Shown: one piece after another, positions 1 through 9,545 of the stretch
How the letters are laid out: the number at the start of each line of letters is the position of its first letter
How positions within the stretch are numbered: the first letter of the stretch is position 1
Assembly (NCBI GenBank): GCA_965249485.1
Contig: OZ252239.1
Coordinates: 1,376,001-1,440,000 of the forward strand
Length of the DNA: 64,000 bases
Source: a bacterium
Lineage (GTDB): Bacteria; SM23-31
Direction: 5' to 3'
Made by a program: the position numbers and the translations under genes
The notes under the pieces: generated by a model
The model's input: only the letters and a program-made list of their open reading frames with translations
What the model was told of the DNA's origin: nothing
The model's database searches: none

Positions 1-138
1 TATCCAGAACATTTCTTTTCTTTTTGCTTCCTCTATAAGAATTTTCCACTCTTGAGAGCTTCTTTCGACTTTGACCGATTTGATCGGTTTAAGGCGTTTT
101 CGAAGTCTGAGAGGTTGAGCAATATCTGAATCTTCCAT
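1..138 (-). CDS. Hypothetical protein, N-terminal part only (runs off the window)
   Basis: On the minus strand AAGGGGG precedes ATG at 138 and the frame MEDSDIAQPLRLRKRLKPIKSVKVERSSQEWKILIEEAKRKEMFWI is open to base 1; not in the ORF track. Confidence 0.55.
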   Translation of the reverse strand, partial: MEDSDIAQPLRLRKRLKPIKSVKVERSSQEWKILIEEAKRKEMFWI

Positions 139-363
139 AATTACCCCCTTCATGTTGAAGTAATACACTTATTCATGCTTATTCCTATACTGAAAACTTA
201 TTGCATAGTTCTTCAATATATTTTATAATTTCAGGTGATTTGTTATACTTTCGTCTGCTACTCGGTTTATCATGATATACACTACAAATAATTTAACTTA
301 AGGCCATAAAATTTAGTGACCGAGTTGTTTAAAAATGTACAATATTGCACAAAGTGTCCAAAA

Positions 364-864
364 TCAGGACAACGTAAGCTTTCCGAAAAGCAGATGCGCT
401 ATATAGCCCGCTAACGGCGCAAGAAATATCATGCACACAAAACGAATTATAGCAAATTTCAGACCAAGAATTGACACTTTGAAAGGAATCCTGAACAGAC
501 CGATAGTTGCCCATCCGGCAATATACGATACAATCGGTCCAATTCCGGCACCCGACTTGGTCACCATAAGCGCGATCGGGAAACAGACAAATGGGCCTCC
601 CGGAGTTAACATGCCCGCACCGGAGGCGATAATAATACCTCTGAGTCCGCTTCCTGCACTAAACCAATTCGCAATTACTTCATCGGGAATTAATATGCGG
701 ATGAGGCCTGATAACATAAATGACACAACCAATACCGGCAATATAGCTATCAGAGTTCGAAATCCTGATTCAACACCCATGAGAGGGAGGGTAGGGTCAC
801 GCCGGTATGCGACAACTCCTAATACAATAACGACAAATGCTAATACAAAAAAAACTGTATCCAT
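364..864 (-). CDS. Predicted permease (DUF318/ArsP-like half-size membrane protein)
   Basis: Hydrophobic 166-aa ORF with 'GMLTPGGPFVCFPIA..L.KSGAGIG' pattern; start placed at MDTVFF (864) behind AAGGGGA. Confidence 0.75.
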   Translation of the reverse strand: MDTVFFVLAFVVIVLGVVAYRRDPTLPLMGVESGFRTLIAILPVLVVSFMLSGLIRILIPDEVIANWFSAGSGLRGIIIASGAGMLTPGGPFVCFPIALMVTKSGAGIGPIVSYIAGWATIGLFRIPFKVSILGLKFAIIRFVCMIFLAPLAGYIAHLLFGKLTLS

Positions 865-1095
865 CGATTTCCCCTTGAATATTTTCGGTGCTTTTTTCAA
901 TTTCAACAAGATATTTCCTATAATTAGCAAACTTTTGATATGATAATGGCGCTGAAAATAGTAAATAATTACGTTTATTGCAATGAAAAGCTGGAAATAT
1001 TTATTACTTTTTTAGACATTTTTTTTTGCATATTGGCATGATAGAAGAAAAATACATATCTATCTGAATTAACAATTGTTTTGCGGAGATCATCC

Positions 1096-2631
1096 ATGAG
1101 TCCACTGAAAAGTACGGCATTGGGAATGAAAAAGCTGACGATTGATCAGCTGGTAACGACAGTACGGAATAAGATACCGGTCTCGCTTTCTCAAATGGCA
1201 GTATACAATATTGAGCGGTCATACAAACGGATTCTCAAATTTCTGGGATCCGATCAAATAATCTACGGATTAATGACAGGACTCGGTGGACTGAGTTCTG
1301 TCCGGATTCCCCCGGATAAAATTAAAACGTTGCAGCTCAATTTGATCAGAAGCCACTGCTGTGGAATGGGCGATCCGTTTCCTGAAGAAGTGGTGCGAAC
1401 TATTATGATCCTTCTTGTGCAAGGACTTGGCAAGGGTCATTCTGGATGCAGAAAAGTAGTTGTCGAGACACTAATAAAAATGGTTAATAAGGGTATTATT
1501 CCGATTGTACCCTCGCAGGGATCTTTAGGGGCAAGCGGCGATTTAATTCCGCTTGCACATATTGCAATAGTAATGATTGGAGAAGGTGAGGCAGTCTATA
1601 AAGGAAAAAGATACAGCGGTGCTGCAGCAATGAGAAAAGCAGGTATCCCGGTACTGACCTTAATCAATAGAGAGGGAGTTTCTCTCGTGAACGGCACCTA
1701 CGGTATGTCGGCATTAGGAGCTTTGACACAGAAGCGTGCCGATGAGTTGTGCAAACTGGCAGATATTGCAGCAGCAATGACACTTGAGGTTGTGTTGGGT
1801 TCGAGTACAGCAGTCAAAGATGAAATACACCGGCTTAAACCGCATCCCGGACAAATTGCAACAGCATCGAATATAAAGAGGCTCGTGAAAGACAGTGAGA
1901 TCATTGCGTCACATAAATTTTGCGACCGGGTACAGGATGCCTATTCACTCCGGTGTTCTCCGCAAGTGCATGGAGCAGTGAAAGATGCACTCCGGTATTC
2001 CCGGTCGGTTATGGAGATCGAAATCAATTCGGTAACCGACAATCCAATTGTTTTCGATGACGGTGTCATATCTGGGGGGAATTTTCATGGTCAACCGCTA
2101 GCAATCTCGCTCGATACACTCGGCATTGCTATAGTCGACCTTGGAAACATTTCGGAACGACGGATTGATAGACTCATGAATCCCGTATTGAGCGAACTAC
2201 CGGCATTTCTCTCGCCGGATGCGGGACTGAACTCGGGTTATATGATGGCGCACTATCTCGCTGCATCAATTTCGTTCGAAAACAGGGGGCTTGCAACGCC
2301 CGGCAGTATCGACTCTGTTCCGGTGTCTGCAAATAAAGAGGATTATAACTCAAATGGTATGTGGAGTGCACGAAAAGCTTGGAAAATAGTCGAAAACGCT
2401 GAGCGGATTATTGCGGTTGAACTTGTATGTGCTGCTCAGGCTGTCGATTTCCGCAGCGAGTACAAGCCGGGAAAAGGAACACAGGCGGCCTATCAAGTGA
2501 TCCGGTCAAAAGTGAAAATGCTGAAACAAGACCGGATAATCGGTAAGGATATTCAATCAGTCATCGGTCTGATCAGGTCAGGTGATCTGGTGCAAGCAGT
2601 AGAAAAGTCTGTTGGAAAACTGTCGCTTTAG
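1096..2631 (+). CDS. hutH: Histidine ammonia-lyase
   Basis: MIO-forming GSLGASGDL motif, LIRSH specificity loop (SH typical of HAL), QDAYSLRC, GGNFHGQP; start at ATG 1096 after GGAG. Confidence 0.92.
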   Translation: MSPLKSTALGMKKLTIDQLVTTVRNKIPVSLSQMAVYNIERSYKRILKFLGSDQIIYGLMTGLGGLSSVRIPPDKIKTLQLNLIRSHCCGMGDPFPEEVVRTIMILLVQGLGKGHSGCRKVVVETLIKMVNKGIIPIVPSQGSLGASGDLIPLAHIAIVMIGEGEAVYKGKRYSGAAAMRKAGIPVLTLINREGVSLVNGTYGMSALGALTQKRADELCKLADIAAAMTLEVVLGSSTAVKDEIHRLKPHPGQIATASNIKRLVKDSEIIASHKFCDRVQDAYSLRCSPQVHGAVKDALRYSRSVMEIEINSVTDNPIVFDDGVISGGNFHGQPLAISLDTLGIAIVDLGNISERRIDRLMNPVLSELPAFLSPDAGLNSGYMMAHYLAASISFENRGLATPGSIDSVPVSANKEDYNSNGMWSARKAWKIVENAERIIAVELVCAAQAVDFRSEYKPGKGTQAAYQVIRSKVKMLKQDRIIGKDIQSVIGLIRSGDLVQAVEKSVGKLSL

Positions 2632-2658
2632 AAATTAATGCATTTTATTTAAGGAATT

Positions 2659-3654
2659 GTGACTATGGTAAAGAATATGAAAAACTGTTTTCGATTCACA
2701 TTACTTTTTTCTGCAGCGCTAAGTGTACTCTTGGTAATAGTTGCTTGCAGTGGTGACACAATTTCGGAAAATGGACAAGCAGCCGTCCCGATCGAAGCGG
2801 GATCACTCGATGTAAAATGGATTCACGGTTCCAATCCGTGTTCTGGGAATACAGATCCGCAGTTTCAGGTGCACCGGTATGCAGCAAACACCTATATACT
2901 TCGTCAGAACAAATGCGATTCCCGCCATGCACCATTCAGTTATTTGCTGTTTGGTGAGGAAAGAGCAATCCTTTTCGATACCGGCGCTGAGCTGGATTCC
3001 GGTGGAGGCAACAATGGATTGAAAAAAGTTGTGGATAAAATATTTGCTGAATGGAGTGCTGAACAGGGGAGAGCGATACCGCCGTTGACTGTGGCACATT
3101 TTCATAACCACTATGACCATCTCTACGCCGATCCGGAATTTAGTGTAGATGAAAACACAATTGTTGTCGGAACCGGCCCTGACAATGTCGCTGAATATTT
3201 CGGTATCTCCGATTGGCCCAATGAAACAGTTTATTTTGATCTCGGAAACCGGAATTTGACCGTTATTCCGATCCCCGGCCACACGGAAGACAGTATTACG
3301 ATATACGATCCATGGACGCATATTCTATTGACTGGTGATTCAGTCTATCCTGGACCGCTTTTTATTCCCGACTGGATGTCCTTCAAACAGAGTATCAATA
3401 AACTAGCTGCATTTGTTGAAGAACATTCTGTATCATACATTTTGGGCACCCATATCGAAATGACGACAACACCTGGTCAGGATTACAGTGGGACCTATGA
3501 ACCGAATGAACACGTTTTAGAACTCGGTGTCGAGCACCTATGGGAGCTGCGCGATTCACTCGAAAAGTTGGGTGATACGCCGATAAAAAAGATACACGAT
3601 GATTTTATCATCTTCCCACGCATATTTGACGAGGATGCATTCGGCCAAAATTAA
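2659..3654 (+). CDS. MBL-fold metallo-hydrolase, probable lipoprotein
   Basis: HNHYDH (HxHxDH), FDTG, PGH, TGD motifs; signal peptide ending IVAC. Confidence 0.85.
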   Translation: MTMVKNMKNCFRFTLLFSAALSVLLVIVACSGDTISENGQAAVPIEAGSLDVKWIHGSNPCSGNTDPQFQVHRYAANTYILRQNKCDSRHAPFSYLLFGEERAILFDTGAELDSGGGNNGLKKVVDKIFAEWSAEQGRAIPPLTVAHFHNHYDHLYADPEFSVDENTIVVGTGPDNVAEYFGISDWPNETVYFDLGNRNLTVIPIPGHTEDSITIYDPWTHILLTGDSVYPGPLFIPDWMSFKQSINKLAAFVEEHSVSYILGTHIEMTTTPGQDYSGTYEPNEHVLELGVEHLWELRDSLEKLGDTPIKKIHDDFIIFPRIFDEDAFGQN

Positions 3655-3681
3655 TTATGTATATAATGACTATAATCCGGG

Positions 3682-3710
3682 TTGCATGTTATTTGATTTT
3701 TATGTATCTT
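3682..3710 (+). promoter_or_regulatory. Sigma70-like promoter for the tRNA
   Basis: TTGCAT-N17-TATCTT ending 20 nt upstream of the tRNA 5' end. Confidence 0.5.
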
Positions 3711-3730
3711 TGAAACGTGAAAACACAAAT

Positions 3731-3814
3731 GCCGGGGTGGTGAAATTGGTAGACGCGCTGGACTCAAAATCCAGTAGGAGCAATCCTGTGAGGGTTCGAG
3801 TCCCTCCTCCGGCA
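3731..3814 (+). tRNA. trnL: tRNA-Leu (anticodon CAA), CCA end not encoded
   Basis: Cloverleaf: GCCGGGG/CTCCGGC acceptor stem, D-loop AATTGGTAGAC, CTGGA-CTCAAAA-TCCAG anticodon arm (CAA 3765-3767), long variable arm, GGTTCGAGTCC T-arm. Confidence 0.97.
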
Positions 3815-3830
3815 CTGTAATAAAAACAAA

Positions 3831-3862
3831 GACTTAGGGTTCATTTCCTTAAGTCCTTTTTT
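3831..3862 (+). terminator. Probable intrinsic terminator after the tRNA
   Basis: GACTTAGG...CTTAAGTC hairpin followed by a T run. Confidence 0.55.
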
Positions 3863-3972
3863 ATGTTAATAGATGTAGCCCCCAGCGCTATCCCCAGCAC
3901 AGATTAGGTATTCCAGTGATTATTTTAAATTAACAAGTCGTACAATATTTGATGATACTAAGGTGAGTATTC

Positions 3973-4111
3973 CCGACGTACCATTTCATTCTCGGACAAA
4001 TGTATCACTTTTATAATCCCTCGTGAAAATTTCTGAAAAATTTTAGGAATATATAGACTGTGCTTATGTGATAAGAAATCGTACAACCCGAGGAGCAGAA
4101 AACACTTGTAA
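3973..4111 (+). repeat. Dispersed intergenic element, copy A (long arm + core motif)
   Basis: CCGACGTACCATTTCATT...TATAATCCCTCGTGAA...GACTGTG...GATAAGAAATCGTACAACCCGAGGAGCAGAAAA aligns by eye with copies at 5878, 9411 and 12391. Confidence 0.85.
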
Positions 4112-4191
4112 TAGCATAGTACATACCGTATTATTGAACACAATGAATCTGATTTATACTGAAGACGTAAACATAATCAGGAGTTATACAA

Positions 4192-5757
4192 ATGAAAGCT
4201 CACTATAATTTTATAGCAAGTCTATTCTTAATATTCGCAGTAGTATCGTCCGTATCTGCACAGGAACCGGTCTACTGGGATGTTGTGGAAAAGATCATGG
4301 AAGAAGCATTTGAGAATTCCGACGTAATGGAAAATGCAAGCTGGCTGGTCGATGTTTTTGCGCCGCGGAATGCGAAATCACCCGGATATATTGCGTCCGC
4401 GGAATGGGCGAAAGAACGGTTAAAGGAATATGGTCTTTCGAACGCCGCTTTAGAACCGTATGAGTTCGGGGTCGGCTATGTGAACGAATATATCTCGGTC
4501 CATATGATGTCTCCCCAGTATATGCCGATCATTGCCTATCCGGCAACATGGTCTAAGGGTACCTATGGAAAGGTCAGAGGACAGGCAATCTATATCAATT
4601 TTGATGAGATCGCCTCTGAAGAGGACTTGGAACAGTACCGTGGCAGATTAAAAGATACGATCGTATTTACAAGGCCGAAACAGGAGATCACTCCGCTGTT
4701 TGATCCTCCTGCAACGAGATATACGGAAGAACAGCTCGATGAAATGGCAAAAATCCCTGTCGGTCCCAGCGCTACTGTAGAACGGGGGCGGAGGCCGCAG
4801 GGAGAGAGACTTTCACAGCAGAAAATCCTCGATTTTGTGTTTGGGGAGGGTGCGGCAGTAATTGTTCGGACCGATGGCAGGAATGATTTCGGGACCGTTG
4901 CGGTTCAGAATATCCGGTATACTATAGAAAACAAACTGTGGGAATTGGACGCGCCTTCTCCTCCGACCGAACTGGTTATGGCTGCGGAGCAGTATAACCG
5001 GATCCTGCGCATTCTTGAGAAAGGCATTCCTGTTGAGTTGGAAGTTGAGCTGAAAGTATCGTTTAACAGAGACGACATTAACGATTACAATGTCGTTGCT
5101 GAGATCCCCGGCACTGATTTGGCAGAGGAAATTGTCCTTGTGGGCGGGCATCTGCAGGCGAATCCTGCTGGCGGCGGTGCGGCGGATAATGCTGCAGGTG
5201 CGGTTATTGCCATGGAAACTGTACGAATTCTTAAGGCATTAGGGATCAAACCTCGTAGGACCATTCGAGTTGGCCTCTGGGGCGCTCACGAAATAGGATC
5301 GTTTGGTAACCGGAGCCATGTCCGCAACAACTTTGCCGACCTGAAAAATAAGGAATACAAAAAAGATTATCATAACCTTTCTGCGTATTTTATTGTCGAC
5401 CACGGTAGCGGTAAGATACGGGGTGTTTCCATCATGGGAAATGAAGTGATTCGGTCAATATTTGCCGAATGGATAAAACCGCTCAAAAACCTGGGTATGA
5501 CACATCTTTTCACGACTGGTATGGCTCGTGAAACATACCGTCCGATACACCGACGACCATACCTTGAAGTCGGCCTTCCAGGATTTTATTTTGTTCAGGA
5601 TAGAATGGATAGACGTCAATACCATTCTAATATGGATGTCTATGATAGGCTTGTTCCCGAGGACCTGATGGCGAATGTGGTCATCCTTGCTACTTTTGTG
5701 TATCATGCCGCCATGCGTGATGAAAAACTTCCCCGTTTTGCACCCCTGCCATGGTAA
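4192..5757 (+). CDS. Exported M28-family (M20/M25/M40 clan) metallopeptidase-like protein
   Basis: Signal peptide; NVVAEIPG, GGHL, GAADNAAG, PRRTIRVGLW, YHSNMD motifs. Confidence 0.85.
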   Translation: MKAHYNFIASLFLIFAVVSSVSAQEPVYWDVVEKIMEEAFENSDVMENASWLVDVFAPRNAKSPGYIASAEWAKERLKEYGLSNAALEPYEFGVGYVNEYISVHMMSPQYMPIIAYPATWSKGTYGKVRGQAIYINFDEIASEEDLEQYRGRLKDTIVFTRPKQEITPLFDPPATRYTEEQLDEMAKIPVGPSATVERGRRPQGERLSQQKILDFVFGEGAAVIVRTDGRNDFGTVAVQNIRYTIENKLWELDAPSPPTELVMAAEQYNRILRILEKGIPVELEVELKVSFNRDDINDYNVVAEIPGTDLAEEIVLVGGHLQANPAGGGAADNAAGAVIAMETVRILKALGIKPRRTIRVGLWGAHEIGSFGNRSHVRNNFADLKNKEYKKDYHNLSAYFIVDHGSGKIRGVSIMGNEVIRSIFAEWIKPLKNLGMTHLFTTGMARETYRPIHRRPYLEVGLPGFYFVQDRMDRRQYHSNMDVYDRLVPEDLMANVVILATFVYHAAMRDEKLPRFAPLPW

Positions 5758-5802
5758 TGTGGCGATGAAGCTATTGAATGATAGCAGATCACCATTGAAA
5801 AC

Positions 5803-5835
5803 GTTAGCAAATCGTGCAGCACGAGGAGTAGAAAA
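5803..5835 (+). repeat. Short core-motif copy
   Basis: GTTAGCAAATCGTGCAGCACGAGGAGTAGAAAA, about 45 nt after the M28 stop. Confidence 0.75.
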
Positions 5836-5877
5836 TCATCTGATCTTAAATAAATAGATCAATCAATGTGACCAATT

Positions 5878-5993
5878 CCGACGTACCATTTCATTCCAGG
5901 ACACACCCATCATACTTATAACCCCTCGTGAAGATATATGAAAAATTTTGGGAATAGAAGGACTGTGTTTATCTGGTAAGTAATCGTACAGCC
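5878..5993 (+). repeat. Dispersed intergenic element, copy B
   Basis: CCGACGTACCATTTCATT...TATAACCCCTCGTGAA...GAAAAATTTTGGGAATA...GACTGTG...GGTAAGTAATCGTACAGCC. Confidence 0.85.
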
Positions 5994-6431
5994 TTAGCAT
6001 TTCAATATCATACTACCCCATCATAGTATGGATAGGAGTTCCGCCTTGTTACCATATAGCTACCGACACGTAGATTCTTTGGTTTGAGAAAAAAGATTAG
6101 AAGTATATACAAAATTATAGGTAGGATACTATTTTGCTTGATAGATAAAATCACACCTGAAAAAAATAATTAAGACATTACAAAAATTATCCGACCAATC
6201 TCCACTATATACGTAGTATATCTTGCAGATATTAGTATTATAAGAGGTTCAAGTCCTGTAAGGGTAAATAATACTTGAAAAAGCCACATGTAAATCTTAC
6301 CATTTATATTATAAGTTCCCATACAATCTAACCAATTATATCGCGTCTAAAAAAGCGTCATATATCAACACAATCCCAAATTGATCTCTAAAAGAGAATC
6401 GATATGGGGAATATCAGAAGGAAGATATGAA

Positions 6432-7469
6432 ATGGAATACAGAGAATTGGGTCGTACAGGATTGAAAATTTCTCCAATATGTTTTGGTACGGATAATTTT
6501 GCCAATCCAACACCGGAGGAAGAGGCGAAAAAGATGATCGACCGGGCTTTGGATAGCGGTGTAAACCTTCTGGATACAGGCGACATTTATGCTGACGGTG
6601 AAGGAGAACGGATAATCGGACGGGCTCTGAAAGAAAGCGGCCGGCGCCAGCAAACGATCATTTCCACAAAGATAAATCCGGGTCAGATCGTTTCCGGACA
6701 AAAAATTGATATCCATAAACCAGGAGTTGATCCGAATGAGCGTGGTCACTCCAGATTCAGCATTATAAGAGCATGCGAGGATTCTCTCAAACGCCTTCAG
6801 ACCGATCATATCGATCTTTACCAGACGCACCGCCATGCACCCTATATTCCTTTCGAAGAAACGCTCGGCGCATTCGATGACCTTATCCGCGCAGGCAAGG
6901 TCCGGTATATCGGCTGTTCGACTCATCCTGCCTGGGCGGTAATGGAAGCGGTCATGGTAAGTAAGATGAATGGCTATGCCCAATATGTCTCGGAACAGCC
7001 GCCGTATAATTTGCTCGACCGGCGCATTGAAAACGAACTTATCCCAGTGTGCCAGAAATACGGGCTTGGCATCATTTCCTGGTCACCGCTAGCAATGGGT
7101 GTACTTGCAGGACGTTACAACGATGCTGCAAAATATCCCAAAGGGTCAAGAGCGGAACTCCGCGGTACTATATATGCCGAGCGTGTGACCGATCAGGGTA
7201 TTCGGGTGGGAGTTGAGTTCTTAAAATTAGCCAAAGATGCAGGTATTTCACCCGCACAGCTTGCACTGCTCTGGTGCAAAGACCAACCAGGGATAACAGC
7301 GCCTCTCATGGGGCCGCGAACCCTGGAACAACTTGAGCACTTCCTGCCCGTTCTTGAGATGAAACTGGACGATGATACACGAACAGCATGTGATGCATTG
7401 GTTCCTCCTGGGAGCGCAGTAGCAAGTTTTCATAACAGCGCCGACTGGATGAAAGCAAAAAATATTTGA
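6432..7469 (+). CDS. Aldo/keto reductase
   Basis: [53 protein letters not shown] motifs. Confidence 0.92.
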   Translation: MEYRELGRTGLKISPICFGTDNFANPTPEEEAKKMIDRALDSGVNLLDTGDIYADGEGERIIGRALKESGRRQQTIISTKINPGQIVSGQKIDIHKPGVDPNERGHSRFSIIRACEDSLKRLQTDHIDLYQTHRHAPYIPFEETLGAFDDLIRAGKVRYIGCSTHPAWAVMEAVMVSKMNGYAQYVSEQPPYNLLDRRIENELIPVCQKYGLGIISWSPLAMGVLAGRYNDAAKYPKGSRAELRGTIYAERVTDQGIRVGVEFLKLAKDAGISPAQLALLWCKDQPGITAPLMGPRTLEQLEHFLPVLEMKLDDDTRTACDALVPPGSAVASFHNSADWMKAKNI

Positions 7470-7683
7470 TAATACCTGGTGTGCTCTCAAAAAATAAGTT
7501 TATTACGAGAGGGCTCAATCAATTTTAGAAGATTGATATGGGGAATATCAGTATAACTATAAGGATGAGAAAGCCATGATATCTCTAATAATGTTTATTT
7601 GAATTTCATGCTAAGAATATTGCATGATAATTTTGTTATACTGGTCCATGGATTTATTTTTCAAAATATCAAAGGAGAGAAAT

Positions 7684-9063
7684 ATGCGTAAGTTAATGTT
7701 AATATGTTTTTTTCTATTATTAATTTGCAAGCCATCGCTTTCCCAAGAGGAGCTTACAAGCGAAGAAGGAAAATGGATAAATAAAGCAGATACCTATGAT
7801 CAGGATGGATGGACTTATCTTTATGTCGCAGGAGAACCATTTGAACGAGGGTTTCAGAATGGATACTTATTAGCTAAAGATGTAGACGAAACCATAGAAA
7901 TTATATCGTATTATTTAGAAAAAACGACCGATAAGAAATGGGATTATTATCGAGAAGCAGCTCAAGATATGTTTTGGCTAGTGATGGATGAAGAATATAA
8001 AGATGAAATTAATGGTATCGTTGCAGGATTGCAAAAAGCGGGTGTGACAAAATATGACAATATTGATATCACTGCTTATAATGGGTGGATTGAAATTGCC
8101 TGGTATTATTTACCTCATACACAAGCACATGGCTCTTGCAGCGCTTTTATTGCAACAGGAAATGCTACTTTTGATGGCAGAATAGTTGTTGCACATAACT
8201 TGTGGTATGAATACATGTTTTGTCGTAAATGGAATATTATTCTGGATGTGAAACCCAATAATGGGCACCGATTTATTACACAAGCTTTTCCTGGCTGGAT
8301 TTTTGGAGGAACTGATTTTTGGATCAACAGTGCAGGATTGGTCGTAGTAGAAACAACCATGAGTGGATTTGGAGGATTTGAACCCAAAGGAATTCCGGAA
8401 TTTCAACGAATCAGAAAAGCCCTTCAATATGCAAATTCAATAGATACCTTTGTCGATATTATGATGAAGGGGAACAATGGAGGATATGCAAATGACTGGT
8501 TGATTGGTGATACAAAAACTGGTGAAATTGCACGCCTTGAGTTAGCACTTGATAATCCAAAAGTTCGAACAGAAGAAGCTACTGGCATGGATTATAATGA
8601 AATGACCTCTTCCCCGAATGGTCGCTGGGCGAGATAGCAACAACTTATGCGTGAAAATTATGGAAAAATTGATAAAACATTGGCCAAACAATTTCTAAAC
8701 GATCATTATGATACTTTCGAAGAAGCTTACAATCCGAGCAGTCGAACATTATGTGGACATGTTGAATACGATCCTTATGGTCTGCCAGAATGGGGCTGGA
8801 AAGCGTACTACCCTGGTGGTACTATAGATGCAAAAGTTACTGATTCTGAGTGGATCTCTCAAATGAAATTTGATGCCAAATTTGGGCACTCTTGTGACAT
8901 TCCATTTCTTGTTGAACCATTTCTTAAGTCACACACTGAATATAAATGGCAGGAGCCCTATCTTAAAGATTTTCCATCTTATTCCTGGACTATTTTTAAT
9001 GCGAAAGATTATAGTTCAATGATCAATATGAATCACATGAAATATATGAAGCCTAAAAAATGA
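7684..9063 (+). pseudogene. Exported C45-family/phospholipase-B-like Ntn hydrolase interrupted by an in-frame TAG (8635-8637)
   Basis: Signal peptide after AAGGAG; CSAFIATG nucleophile motif; NNGGYANDWL; ORFs 7624-8637 and 8647-9063 share a frame (RWAR*QQLM). Confidence 0.8.
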
Positions 9064-9136
9064 TTATTATGAATTGTTGGTCATCAATATAAAAAGAATA
9101 TTAAATATATTGCTTAATTCAAATTTGTAGATAATT

Positions 9137-9174
9137 AAAGGTTCGCAAATCGTACAGCCCGAGTAAGTAGAAAA
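9137..9174 (+). repeat. Short core-motif copy
   Basis: AAAGGTTCGCAAATCGTACAGCCCGAGTAAGTAGAAAA. Confidence 0.8.
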
Positions 9175-9410
9175 TAAACATTTCAGATACTCTTAGAATA
9201 AGTGTTACGCAATAATTTCTATACTCTACTATCTACTTAGTATACTCATTCCAAGAGTTAAACTTCATTATTCATACCCAACAAAGCAGGTATGGGTCAA
9301 ATGTTTCTACCTTAGTTGAGGTGTTATTTCATGTAAAAACCGCGTAAAATGAACAATTACTGAGATATGATGTATATACACATAGTTGGATGACTCTATT
9401 GTGATATTTC

Positions 9411-9536
9411 ACGAACGTACCATTTCATTCCGGGAAACATACATCACGTTGATAACCATTGGTGAACATATCTGGAAAATCTTTTAAATATAGACTCTTT
9501 TCCCTGATAAGTAATCGATACATCGATGTATGAAAA
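9411..9536 (+). repeat. Dispersed intergenic element, copy C (more diverged)
   Basis: ACGTACCATTTCATTCCGGGA...GATAACCATTGGTGAA...TAGACTC...CTGATAAGTAATCGATACA. Confidence 0.75.
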
Positions 9537-9545
9537 GTCGAAGGT

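Noticed and set aside
431..943. 170-aa plus-strand ORF (and similar ones at 23243-23848 and 50193-50756)
   Set aside because: Antisense shadows of membrane-protein genes
1096..2631. Tyrosine/phenylalanine ammonia-lyase or aminomutase of a biosynthetic cluster
   Set aside because: The SH specificity motif fits histidine ammonia-lyase and no biosynthetic genes are adjacent
3599..3820. 73-aa ORF overlapping the tRNA
   Set aside because: Spurious translation through tRNA-Leu
3958..4143. 61-aa minus-strand ORF
   Set aside because: Lies over repeat copy A and has no convincing RBS; treated as a chance frame
6244..6262. GGTTCAAGTCC resembling a tRNA T-arm (possible att duplicate)
   Set aside because: No cloverleaf around it and the following bases do not match the tRNA-Leu 3' end
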